Positions 18,006 to 28,094 of a stretch of DNA of 64,000 nucleotides are shown here, in pieces (position 1 is the first letter of the stretch; every line of letters begins with the position of its first letter). The DNA lies in contig CAMZCT010000007.1 of NCBI GenBank assembly GCA_947305065.1, forward strand, positions 542 to 64,541, read 5' to 3'. The notes under the pieces were generated by a model. It ran no database searches, had not been told where the DNA came from, and saw only the letters and a program-made list of their open reading frames with translations. Both the position numbers and the translations under genes were made by a program. This DNA is from an uncultured Mycoplasmatota bacterium (GTDB lineage: Bacteria; Bacillota_I; Bacilli_A; RF39; UBA660).

Positions 18006-19997
18006 TTATTGTACTTGATTAACAGCTCCAACAGGTGCCAATCCTACTAAAGCAGGATTAACTGGTTGACTAACTTCCTGTGGAGTTTGATTAGCATAAT
18101 AAACAGGAGCAGGTTGAGTTCCTTGTGGTTCTCCGCCTTCATTATTAGGAGCTTCCTCATCTTCAAAACTACTTGCTTGAGGAGGATTACCACCTTGTCC
18201 ATTAGTACTACTTTCACCAATTACTTGGTTCATATCTTTCATCTTCCAACAATTATTAACATCACAAGAGTTACTATTAGGTGCAGGATTAGGCATTTCC
18301 ATCTTAATAACCATAGGTAACTTAAATGCTCCTCCAAATCCAACACAGTTTCCAGGTTGTAATATTTTTTGTTTCTCAATTACATCTGCAGAAATATTTG
18401 GAAGCATTGTTCTAATATATTCTATATCTCTAGGGTGTGTCATTTTAAATATTAAGAAATTAGAACATTGTGCAATAACAGTTTCAGATATTTCAACTGG
18501 TCTTTGAGAAATAATATTTAATAGAACTCCGTACTTACGACCTTCCTTAGCAATACGATCGAATATATTATATCCAATTAAGAATACGTCTGCATCCTTC
18601 ATAACATATCTATGTGCCTCTTCTAAGAATAGATGGAATGGCATTGTAGCTCTTTTCTTTCTAGTTTTAGCAAAATCAAAGAACATCCTAGCCATTATTT
18701 TAACAATTATCTTAGCTTGAGTATCATCTATATCTTCCAAGTTAATATTAATTACTTGAGCTTTAGTATTTCTATTCATAACTAAATTAGCTATATAGCT
18801 GTCCATTGAAATATATTGATCACTCTTATATACACTAGCAATTTTACTATTCATAATTGCTTGTAATCTAACTTTTAATAACATTGAATCATCATATAAC
18901 TGTTCGTTATCCTGGAATCCTTCACTAATTAACGTAAATTCTAATGCTTGCGCATAATCTTTCATTTGATAGAAAGCATTAACTGGTTCTTCAATCATTT
19001 CTAAATCTTCATTAATATGATTTAGTATATATTCAGTAATAAGTACAGATTCACCAAAATTACCATTACTATCTATTTCAAAGCACTCCGATAAACTTCT
19101 TGTATAACCCAAACCTTGAATAGTACTATCAAAATCAAAATCAGCAGTATGGCATACTTCCAATACTTTAAATATTTGATTTTTCTTATTAGCAGTAATT
19201 TGATTACTATATAATATAGCCATTAATGCTTTAGCGATTAAATGGTTTTTATAATCTTCAGATTGTTTATCGTTTTTACTAAATATTTTAGTTAATTTTA
19301 ATGCTCTTTCCAAAATAGGTATTTGACTATGTTTATCTGCTTGTAACATTATAGTTAAGTCATCTAAATTACATAAATGGAATGGTATATGTAATTCATA
19401 ATCAGATTCATCTTGTAAATTAGTTGTAATAAATTTATAAGAATAATTAGGATTATATTGATTTAGCTTAGCAAAAGCAGTCTTATATTCACCATAAGCA
19501 TCAAAAATAAATATATTAGCATTAAGAGATATAAGTTTAGGATTTGAGAAAATATTTTGAACTATTCTTGCTACACCACATGATTTACCTGAACCAGTAT
19601 TACCAAATACTGCCATATGATTAGCAAATAAGTTATTTATATCCGCACATACTTCATATCCTTTATATATAGAACTAGTTCCAACCTTAAAAGTAGTTTC
19701 ATCATATACACCAACAATTGCTCTCAATTCTTTATCGTTAATCGTTCGTATAACACTCGATAGAACTGGTTTTCTTATAACACCTGATACATATTTACCA
19801 TCGTGAAACTCTCCTAAGAATCTAATTTTAATTACTTGATCATTAACTTCTTCTACTTCTCCTAAAATTAATTGATCTGGAGCTTCAAACACAACGTGTA
19901 CATTCATTAAATCTCCCATTTGTTCAGCCGAAGCTGCAGTTTCTACATGAGCAGTATTCTCTGCAATAAATTTAATTTTTCCAAACATATCGAACAC
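18006..19997 (-). CDS. HerA/FtsK-like (DUF87) P-loop ATPase with disordered P/Q-rich tail
   Basis: N-terminal barrel-like domain, Walker A GNTGSGKSCG, Walker B HLFLEEAHRY, GRKYGVLLNIISQRP. The last ~70 aa are low-complexity (NGQGGNPPQ..PQGTQPAP). Confidence 0.75.
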   Translation of the reverse strand: MFDMFGKIKFIAENTAHVETAASAEQMGDLMNVHVVFEAPDQLILGEVEEVNDQVIKIRFLGEFHDGKYVSGVIRKPVLSSVIRTINDKELRAIVGVYDETTFKVGTSSIYKGYEVCADINNLFANHMAVFGNTGSGKSCGVARIVQNIFSNPKLISLNANIFIFDAYGEYKTAFAKLNQYNPNYSYKFITTNLQDESDYELHIPFHLCNLDDLTIMLQADKHSQIPILERALKLTKIFSKNDKQSEDYKNHLIAKALMAILYSNQITANKKNQIFKVLEVCHTADFDFDSTIQGLGYTRSLSECFEIDSNGNFGESVLITEYILNHINEDLEMIEEPVNAFYQMKDYAQALEFTLISEGFQDNEQLYDDSMLLKVRLQAIMNSKIASVYKSDQYISMDSYIANLVMNRNTKAQVININLEDIDDTQAKIIVKIMARMFFDFAKTRKKRATMPFHLFLEEAHRYVMKDADVFLIGYNIFDRIAKEGRKYGVLLNIISQRPVEISETVIAQCSNFLIFKMTHPRDIEYIRTMLPNISADVIEKQKILQPGNCVGFGGAFKLPMVIKMEMPNPAPNSNSCDVNNCWKMKDMNQVIGESSTNGQGGNPPQASSFEDEEAPNNEGGEPQGTQPAPVYYANQTPQEVSQPVNPALVGLAPVGAVNQVQ

Positions 19998-20111
19998 CTC
20001 TTTATTATTCTTTATAATTATAACATAAAAAAAAGAATAATTATTATTTTTTAATAATTACATTTTATTTTTCTATTTATCAAACCAATTATAAACTTAG
20101 AACATAGTGTA

Positions 20112-20906
20112 TTAACACCTATGTTTATCATATATTTGCCACGGCCTAAATCTTTTACCTTCCATATGACCATTGATAACAAATTCTCTTAAACCTGCTG
20201 AAAGAAACTCTTCTTCCATACCTTCTAATTTTTTTAGAATTTTAAATATATCTACCCATACCAAATCAAGAATATCATTATAGATTTTAGGAATCTTATC
20301 ATCAATGACTTCATATGGTATCTTTAATGAATGTAAAAATTCTATTCTATTATTTCTACTAACAGCATAATCTTCTTGACTAATCTTATAAATTCTATAA
20401 CTTCTAAAATTCTCTATATTAACAGTTCTTAATTCTAACCAAGGAATATAAAAGGCTTCATGTCTATCAAGTCCTTTAGATACTTCTCTACCATCAAAGC
20501 CTTGACCAACCGCTTCAATTAATACCCCTTTACCGGTACTAACACAAATATTAACTCCGGCATATCTATCATATCTTTCACTAGGTTTATCAATTAAATC
20601 AAATAAAACAATCACCCCATCTGGATCATTCTTTTTAACCTCTTTAAAAATAGACAAAATATCCGGTTTAATTCCCCTCCCTTCAATGCTTTTCATAGAA
20701 GGTTTCGTAATCAAAGTATCGTTTCTTTCCCCCGTAAAGTTTTTACAAAATTCATAATTATCTAAATAATCTTCTATAGAAGTAACAATCGTAATATTCC
20801 TAATAGGGCTTACTTCTGGAAAATACAACAAAACCCTAAGCATATCCCTAGTCCTATGATACTTCATCATCTTATTAATATCTTCTTGATTATTTATATT
20901 TAACAT
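20112..20906 (-). CDS. Hypothetical protein (264 aa) upstream of the HerA-like ATPase
   Basis: Clean ORF 114 nt upstream on the same strand. No family recognised with confidence. Confidence 0.55.
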   Translation of the reverse strand: MLNINNQEDINKMMKYHRTRDMLRVLLYFPEVSPIRNITIVTSIEDYLDNYEFCKNFTGERNDTLITKPSMKSIEGRGIKPDILSIFKEVKKNDPDGVIVLFDLIDKPSERYDRYAGVNICVSTGKGVLIEAVGQGFDGREVSKGLDRHEAFYIPWLELRTVNIENFRSYRIYKISQEDYAVSRNNRIEFLHSLKIPYEVIDDKIPKIYNDILDLVWVDIFKILKKLEGMEEEFLSAGLREFVINGHMEGKRFRPWQIYDKHRC

Positions 20907-21026
20907 ATTATCTACCTCTAATTATTTATGAATATTAGTATTTTCAACACCATTAAATAAAGCCTCTAATCTAAATCTTTCTTTCTAACCGAGACAATAA
21001 AAAAATATTTAAACAAACTACTAATA

Positions 21027-21656
21027 TTATTTTCTAGTTAAATCAATAACTTTCATTAATATGTTTCCATATTTACCAATGGCGGTTTCTCCAGGATTAA
21101 CCAAAAAATCATTAAAACAGACCTTATTTTCGATAATAGTAATCTTATTATCAATTTTAACAACCTTAGTTGCATCTATCTCGCCAGCGCCATCTTTCAA
21201 CACCCCCAAGGCGGCCTTAGCGTTAACTCTAACTAGGCCATTAAGTTCATCTTCTCCATAATCAAAATCTAATATATTACCAGTATATTCACAAACATAA
21301 ACACTAGAAAAAGCTCTATCTCTAAACATACTTCCGTCTTTCTTTTTCTTATCAAGTATCCATCTAACTACCTCAACCAATATCGCTTTATCATAATCAA
21401 TATCAACACCAGTTTCTTCTTTAATTTCTCTACCAAATGCTTCCTTAAGGGTTTCTCCAGCCCTTACATGTCCAGATGCCGTAGTATAAAGTTGATTCTC
21501 TTCTTTTCTTATTTGAAAATATACATTACCTTCTTTATCATACAACCAACAATGTACTAACTTATGCCATAGGGCATCTCTATGTACTATATCTCTATCT
21601 TCTTTACCTAAATAATTACCCTCTTCATCATAGATATCTAAATACTCCATAATCAT
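21027..21656 (-). CDS. NUDIX hydrolase
   Basis: Nudix box GHVRAGETLKEAFGREIKEETGV. ATG at 21656 sits behind AAGGAAG. Confidence 0.8.
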   Translation of the reverse strand: MIMEYLDIYDEEGNYLGKEDRDIVHRDALWHKLVHCWLYDKEGNVYFQIRKEENQLYTTASGHVRAGETLKEAFGREIKEETGVDIDYDKAILVEVVRWILDKKKKDGSMFRDRAFSSVYVCEYTGNILDFDYGEDELNGLVRVNAKAALGVLKDGAGEIDATKVVKIDNKITIIENKVCFNDFLVNPGETAIGKYGNILMKVIDLTRK

Positions 21657-21712
21657 CACCAAATCTTCCTTTACAAATTATTATATCATAATATCCAAAC
21701 AAAAAGATAAGA

Positions 21713-23173
21713 TTATCTCTTATCTAATTCTCTATGTAATATTTCTTTTGTCATTACTGGATTAGCTTTACCTCTTGTATTCTTCATAACTTGACCAACA
21801 AAATAATCAAATAAGTTATCTTTACCATTTTTATATAATTCAATTTGACTAGGATTATCATCAAGTATTTTAACAATTAAACTAGTAAGCTCACCCTCAT
21901 CACTTATCTGAGCATTCTCTTTAGATATAAAATTTTTAGGTTCTTTTTTTTCTTCTAAAGCTTTACTGAACACTTCCTTCGCCTGTTTAGAAGAAAGTAT
22001 CCCTGAATTAATACCATCTATTATTTCTTTTAACATCTTAGGAGTTAAATAAAAATCTCTTATATCTGTTCCCTCTTTATTAAGTTCACTTATTATATTA
22101 ACTGTAACCCAGTTACTAGCGCTCTTCGCATCAATACCAAGTTTAACACACTCTTCAAAGTAATCAGATATATTCTTATCTTTTACTAAAACTCCAGCAT
22201 CATAGGCACTAAGTCCATATTCATTAATATATTTCTTCTTCCTATCCATCGCTAACTCAGGTAAAGAAGCCTTTATTTCTTCAATCCATTCCTTAGATAT
22301 CTTAATAGGTGGAATATTAGGTTCTACAAAGTACTTATAATCAACCGCATCAGCCTTACTTCTCATATAGATAGTAGTACCTGTTTCTTCATCCCATCTT
22401 CTTGTCTGCTGAAAAACTTCTTTATCATAAGTGCCATTCTCTTTAGCGTCTATTTGTCTTTGAATCTCATAATCAATTGCTCCTTTAATTCCACCAAAAG
22501 AGTTAACATTCTTCATCTCTACTTTTATTCCCCAGTTCTTAGGGTCACTCTCATCTAAAGAAGCGTCCATTATCGATACATTAACATCAGCCTTTATTTG
22601 CCCTCTTCGACTATCAGCTTCTGAAATACCCGCATATCTATATACAGAACACATATGTTCAAGGAAAGCTACCGCTTCATCAGAAGAATGAAAATCAGGG
22701 GCAGTAACTAACTCTAACAAAGGTACACCAGCTCTATTATAATCAATATTTGAAGTTGAATAGAAATGATCCAAAGAAGCGGCATCTTCTTCTAGGTGAA
22801 TATTATCTATATGACATACTTTTATTTCTCCATTACACTCATATTCAACCTCACCATATATTCCTACTGGATTAGGCTTAGTTTCTTGAGTAATCTGATA
22901 CCCCTTAGGTAAATCAGGATAATAATAGTTTTTACGTTCAAACTTCATATATTCTGGTTGCTTACATCCAAGTAAAATACTTGCTGTTAAGGCTAGTTTA
23001 ACAGCCTCTTTATTAACTACAGGTAATGTGCCAGGAAATCCCATATCCAAGGCTACAACATTACTATTAGGAATTTCTGAATAACTATTACGAGACCTAC
23101 TAAATACTTTAGAATTAGTTTCACTCATCTCACAATGTATTTCCAAACCTATTTTAGCTAAATACTTAGTCAT
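21713..23173 (-). CDS. gatB: Asp/Glu-tRNA amidotransferase subunit B
   Basis: N-terminal KIGLEIHCEM..SKVFS and full-length GatB-like sequence. Overlaps the gatA stop. Confidence 0.95.
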   Translation of the reverse strand: MTKYLAKIGLEIHCEMSETNSKVFSRSRNSYSEIPNSNVVALDMGFPGTLPVVNKEAVKLALTASILLGCKQPEYMKFERKNYYYPDLPKGYQITQETKPNPVGIYGEVEYECNGEIKVCHIDNIHLEEDAASLDHFYSTSNIDYNRAGVPLLELVTAPDFHSSDEAVAFLEHMCSVYRYAGISEADSRRGQIKADVNVSIMDASLDESDPKNWGIKVEMKNVNSFGGIKGAIDYEIQRQIDAKENGTYDKEVFQQTRRWDEETGTTIYMRSKADAVDYKYFVEPNIPPIKISKEWIEEIKASLPELAMDRKKKYINEYGLSAYDAGVLVKDKNISDYFEECVKLGIDAKSASNWVTVNIISELNKEGTDIRDFYLTPKMLKEIIDGINSGILSSKQAKEVFSKALEEKKEPKNFISKENAQISDEGELTSLIVKILDDNPSQIELYKNGKDNLFDYFVGQVMKNTRGKANPVMTKEILHRELDKR

Positions 23174-24629
23174 GTTTAACCTCCTTAGCTATTTGATTCT
23201 TATATTCCATCGCACTTTCTAAAGCATAAGCAATATTAAGTACATTTGCATCATCATAACAATTACCAGTTATATTAATGCCTACAGGTAAACCAGATAC
23301 AAATCCATCAGGAATAGTAATTGAAGGAAAACCACCAAAATTACCAATCTGTAATTGTTCATCTAATGCTTGTGTATTATAATCTAATACTTTATCTAAA
23401 TCCGTAAACTTTTTAGCTGGGCCAATACCTACAGGAGATAAAACTGCATCATAAGTTTTATATAAATTCTTCCAAGCATCTACAATTAATCTTCTACATC
23501 TTTGAGCATTTTTAAAATATCTCTCTTGGTTTTCCTTTTGTAATACATAAGAACCAATTATTAATCGACGTTTAATAAGAGGACTAAATCCCTTAGTACG
23601 ATGATCTTTCATCATCTCCATAAAGGTCTTGCCTTCTCCGCGAGGTCCAAAAACTATACCAGTTAAATTACTTAAGTTACTTGATGACTCCGCGCTATGA
23701 ATTACTACATAGGTACTGTAAATAGCATTAATAAGTTTTCTATCAACTGATACTTCTTCTACATCCATACCAATCTTTTTGCAAATTTCAATTGTCTTTT
23801 TAAAGTTTTCTAAATGTTCTTTTAATTCTTGAGTGGCATTCGGATAATTCTCTATATTACATAATTCTTTTACATAACAAAGTTTCTTTCCCTTTACCTT
23901 ACCATCTAAAGAATCAAGCAGATGAATATCTTTCGAATCCCAACTGGTCATATCATTTATATCTTGCCCCTTCATTGCATCTACTACTATAGCTGCATCT
24001 CTAACACTACGAGTTAAAACACCTAAAGTATCTAGACTTGAAGTATAAGCAAATAACCCATATCTAGATATCATGCCATAAGTAGGTTTATACCCAACTA
24101 TTCCACAATACCCAGCTGGTTTTCTAATTGAGTCTCCTGTATCAGAGCCAGTCGCAAATGGAAGCGCTCCATAAGCTACCGCTGCTGCCGAACCAGATGA
24201 TGATCCAGCACAAGATCTTTCTAAATCCCAAGGATTCTTTTGAACACCAGTATGTCCTGTAGTACCAGTACCCCCCATACCGAATTCATCCATTGCCGTT
24301 TTACCAACATAAATAGCGCCCGCAGCATTTAGCTTTTCTACAGCTGATGCGTTAAAGAAAGGTACATAATCTTTTAAAGTATTAGATCCACCAGTACTTA
24401 ATACATCTTTAGTAGAATAATTATCTTTTAAAGCACAAGGTATACCTGAAAGAAGATTATCAGTAACTTTGCCGCCTTTAGTATCGTCTAATATTGTTAC
24501 AAAAGCATTACATTTATCTTGTACCTCATGACATTTTTCTAAGGCTTCTTTTACTAATTCATCAGAAGTTACTTTTCCACTTTTTAATAACTCATGTAAT
24601 TCTTCTATACTTTTATCCATATAAGTCAT
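23166..24629 (-). CDS. gatA: Glutamyl-tRNA(Gln) amidotransferase subunit A
   Basis: Amidase signature GGTGTTGH..AGSSSGSAAAVAYG. Position between gatC and gatB. Confidence 0.95.
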   Translation of the reverse strand: MTYMDKSIEELHELLKSGKVTSDELVKEALEKCHEVQDKCNAFVTILDDTKGGKVTDNLLSGIPCALKDNYSTKDVLSTGGSNTLKDYVPFFNASAVEKLNAAGAIYVGKTAMDEFGMGGTGTTGHTGVQKNPWDLERSCAGSSSGSAAAVAYGALPFATGSDTGDSIRKPAGYCGIVGYKPTYGMISRYGLFAYTSSLDTLGVLTRSVRDAAIVVDAMKGQDINDMTSWDSKDIHLLDSLDGKVKGKKLCYVKELCNIENYPNATQELKEHLENFKKTIEICKKIGMDVEEVSVDRKLINAIYSTYVVIHSAESSSNLSNLTGIVFGPRGEGKTFMEMMKDHRTKGFSPLIKRRLIIGSYVLQKENQERYFKNAQRCRRLIVDAWKNLYKTYDAVLSPVGIGPAKKFTDLDKVLDYNTQALDEQLQIGNFGGFPSITIPDGFVSGLPVGINITGNCYDDANVLNIAYALESAMEYKNQIAKEVKHD

Positions 24630-24934
24630 TATTCTTCACCTCCTACAACACGAGGAACCACTATTTCTCTATCTTCAGTATCATCACAATTACGTAATAA
24701 CTCTTCAATAGGAATACTTTCAACAGCTATATCTTCTCTAAATGTAACAAAAACCTCATCTAAACAATAAGTCATCGGTTCAGCATCACTAATACCATCT
24801 ATTTCATTAATTAAATCAATATTTGCATCAATTGCTTCAAATTCATCTAATACTAATTTATTTTCTTCGTCAGATAAACCTATTAACAATTTATCAGCTA
24901 AATAATCAACCATTTCCTTAGTAAACTTTTTCAT
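24629..24934 (-). CDS. gatC: Amidotransferase subunit C
   Basis: About 100-aa acidic protein directly upstream of gatA with a TAATG overlap. Confidence 0.8.
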   Translation of the reverse strand: MKKFTKEMVDYLADKLLIGLSDEENKLVLDEFEAIDANIDLINEIDGISDAEPMTYCLDEVFVTFREDIAVESIPIEELLRNCDDTEDREIVVPRVVGGEE

Positions 24935-26684
24935 AACTCACCTCTATTTTAATTCCCAACTCTTTTAATTGTTGGTTAGTTAACTTCGATGGACTTCCCA
25001 TCATATAATCAGCTCCAGATGCACTAGGAGGAAAAGCTTGTACTTCTCTCAAATTTGGTTCATCTTGAATTAACATTAATATTCTATCAATTCCAGGAGC
25101 CATACCTCCATGAGGAGGACAACCATATTGAAAAGCTGTAAAAATAGATTTAAATCTTTCTTTTACTTCATCTAAACTATAACCTACTATTGCAAATCCT
25201 TTAGCTAAAGATTCTAAATCGTGGTTACGAATAGCCCCAGAAGCCATTTCACAGCCATTACAAACAAAATCATATTGATAAGCTATTATATCATCTTTAT
25301 CTTCTTTATCAAAGGCTTTAATACCTTCTTTTGGTAAACTAAATGGATTATGACAAAATTCCCATTTTCTTTTATCTTGATCCCACTCAAACATTGGGAA
25401 ATCATTAATAATACAAAATTCTAATTTATTCTTATCAATTAAATCCAATTTATTACCTAATTCCATTCTTATTAATCCCGCATATTTTTGAACTTGTTTT
25501 AAATCTCTATTAGCTATAAAGAATAAAACACTATTCTTTTTCATTTTAAACTTAGTAATTAAATTATCTCTTTCTTCTTCAGATAAGAATTTATCTATTG
25601 GACCTTTAAAAGTTCCATCATCTAAAAGAGTTAAATAACCTATACCAGGCATACCAATAGATATTGCATACTGAACTACTTCATTAAACCAACTATTAGA
25701 TTTATCACCAATATCAGGAACCATGATAACTTTAATAAAACTCTTCTTAAAAGGGGCAAAAGTTGTCTTTTTTAATATTTCAGTTGCATCTTCTATTATT
25801 AAAGGGTTTCTTAGATCTGGTTTATCTGTCCCATATTTATCCATAGCATCTTTATAAGTAATTCTTTTAAAAGGTTTAGAACTTATTTTTTTATTACTAA
25901 ATTTTTTAAAAGTATCATAGAATATTTCTTCACCTATTTCTAATACTTCATCTTCTGTAACATAGCTCATTTCAAAATCTAATTGATAGAATTCTAAAGT
26001 TCTATCAGCTCTTCCATCTTCATCACGAAAACAAGGAGCAACTTGAAAATATTTATCTATTCCTCCAACCATTAATAATTCTTTATATATTTGTGGAGCT
26101 TGAGGCAAGGCATAAAATAGACCTTTAAAATTACGTGAAGGAACTACAAAGTCTCTTGCTCCTTCAGGTGAAGAAGCAGTAAGAATTGGTGTTTGAACTT
26201 CCGTAAATCCTAAATTATACATTTTATCTCTTAAATAATGTAAAACATCACTTCTTAATTTAATATTTTCTTTTACTTTGCTATTACGCATATCTAAATA
26301 ACGATATTTTAATCTAATATCTTCATTTGCTGATCTACTTCCTTGGATTACAAATGGTAATTCATGTAAGGATGGATTTATAATTTCCATCTCACTAACT
26401 AATAATTCAACTTCGCCAGTTCTTAAATTATTATTTATAGTGTCCTCACTTCTTTCACGAATTATTCCACTAAATCTAACTACTGACTCTTTAGCAAGAC
26501 CAGCAAACAAAGAATCATCATTAGACACAACTTGTAATATTTCTGTATTATCTCTTAAATCTAAGAATAATACTCCACCATGATCTCTAATATTTTGAAC
26601 CCAACCACAAACGGTTACTTCTTGTCCAAGCATGGTTTTATCAATCTCAATACATTGATGAGTTCTATATATATTTGCTTTCAT
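24918..26684 (-). CDS. aspS: Aspartyl-tRNA synthetase (bacterial type)
   Basis: FYQLDFEMSY, GGMAPGIDRILML class II motifs. ATG at 26684 behind AAAGGAGG is preferred to the listed TTG at 26702. Confidence 0.95.
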   Translation of the reverse strand: MKANIYRTHQCIEIDKTMLGQEVTVCGWVQNIRDHGGVLFLDLRDNTEILQVVSNDDSLFAGLAKESVVRFSGIIRERSEDTINNNLRTGEVELLVSEMEIINPSLHELPFVIQGSRSANEDIRLKYRYLDMRNSKVKENIKLRSDVLHYLRDKMYNLGFTEVQTPILTASSPEGARDFVVPSRNFKGLFYALPQAPQIYKELLMVGGIDKYFQVAPCFRDEDGRADRTLEFYQLDFEMSYVTEDEVLEIGEEIFYDTFKKFSNKKISSKPFKRITYKDAMDKYGTDKPDLRNPLIIEDATEILKKTTFAPFKKSFIKVIMVPDIGDKSNSWFNEVVQYAISIGMPGIGYLTLLDDGTFKGPIDKFLSEEERDNLITKFKMKKNSVLFFIANRDLKQVQKYAGLIRMELGNKLDLIDKNKLEFCIINDFPMFEWDQDKRKWEFCHNPFSLPKEGIKAFDKEDKDDIIAYQYDFVCNGCEMASGAIRNHDLESLAKGFAIVGYSLDEVKERFKSIFTAFQYGCPPHGGMAPGIDRILMLIQDEPNLREVQAFPPSASGADYMMGSPSKLTNQQLKELGIKIEVSYEKVY

Positions 26685-26722
26685 AATAAATCCTCCTTTC
26701 AAATATCTATAAAATCTTATCT

Positions 26723-28090
26723 CTAGTATTCACAACTACCAGGTGTTCTTGGATAAGGAATTACATCCCTTATATTTTCTACACCTGTTAGATACATAAT
26801 CAATCTTTCAAATCCCATTCCAAATCCTGAATGGTAGCAGCCTCCATATTTTCTTAAATTAATATACCAATCTACAACATCGGTATCAACCCCATGCTTC
26901 TTAGCAAGTTCCATAATAGTATCGTAATCATCTTCTCTTTGTGATCCACCCATTAATTCTCCTGAAAGTGGAACTTCTAAGTCAACAGCAGCTACAGTTT
27001 TACCATCTGGATTTAATTTCATATACCAAGCTTTAATATCTTTAGGCCAGTTAGTAATAAATACTGGACCATTAAAATACTCAGTAATATATCTTTCATG
27101 TTCTTTAGCTATATCATCTTCATAACTTGGTTCAAATTCCCATTTAACATCAGCTTTTTTAAGAATATCTATTACATCATGATGTGTAATTCTTGTAAAA
27201 TCAGATTTTACCAGTTTTTCTAGCTTTTCTCTTAATCCTTTTTCAACAAATTTATCACATAAATCTATCTCATCATGACATCTATCTAAGACATATTGTA
27301 CCACATATTTAAGCATTTCCTCTTCAATATCCATTAAACCATTTAATTCACAGAATGCTATTTCTGGTTCAATCATCCAGAACTCATTAGCATGAGTCTT
27401 AGTATTAGAATTCTCTGTTCTAAATGTAGGTCCAAAAGTATAGATCTTTTTAAATGCCATCGCAAATGTTTCCCCATGTAATTGTCCACTACCGGTTATA
27501 TAAGCCAATTTATTAAATAAGTCTTTAGACCAATCTACTTTACCTTTAATTTTATCTATATCCAAAGTAGTTACTTTAAACATTTGATTAGAACCTTCAC
27601 AATCAGCTGTCGTTAGTAATGGAGTATGTACATATACATAATTATTACTTTGAAAATATTCATGAATTGCTTGAGCAGCTACACTTCTAACTCTAAATAC
27701 TGCTTGGTATAAATTAGATCTAGGTCTTAAATAAGCAATACTTCTTAAAAACTCATTAGTATGTCTTTTAGGTTGTAAAGGATATTCAGCTGGACAATCT
27801 CCTAATAACTCTACTATAGTAGCTTTAAGTTCAATATCTTGTCCACCGCCTTCACTTTTAACAATTTCTCCAGTTACTTTAAGAGCACAACCTACCAATA
27901 ATTTACTTACTTCTTCAAAATTATATAAACTCTTATCATAAACTACTTGTAAGTGTTCTTGACAAGTACCATCACTAAAATCAATAAACCCAAATTCTTT
28001 TTGTTTACGATGGTTTCTAATCCATCCTTCTAATGTTACCACATTTCCAATTATTTCTTTTCTCTTCTTAAATAAATCAACTACGTCCAT
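26723..28090 (-). CDS. asnS: Asparaginyl-tRNA synthetase
   Basis: FRTENSNTKTHANEFWMIEPE and GFGMGFERLIMYLTG..PYPRTPG. Confidence 0.9.
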   Translation of the reverse strand: MDVVDLFKKRKEIIGNVVTLEGWIRNHRKQKEFGFIDFSDGTCQEHLQVVYDKSLYNFEEVSKLLVGCALKVTGEIVKSEGGGQDIELKATIVELLGDCPAEYPLQPKRHTNEFLRSIAYLRPRSNLYQAVFRVRSVAAQAIHEYFQSNNYVYVHTPLLTTADCEGSNQMFKVTTLDIDKIKGKVDWSKDLFNKLAYITGSGQLHGETFAMAFKKIYTFGPTFRTENSNTKTHANEFWMIEPEIAFCELNGLMDIEEEMLKYVVQYVLDRCHDEIDLCDKFVEKGLREKLEKLVKSDFTRITHHDVIDILKKADVKWEFEPSYEDDIAKEHERYITEYFNGPVFITNWPKDIKAWYMKLNPDGKTVAAVDLEVPLSGELMGGSQREDDYDTIMELAKKHGVDTDVVDWYINLRKYGGCYHSGFGMGFERLIMYLTGVENIRDVIPYPRTPGSCEY

Positions 28091-28094
28091 CTTC

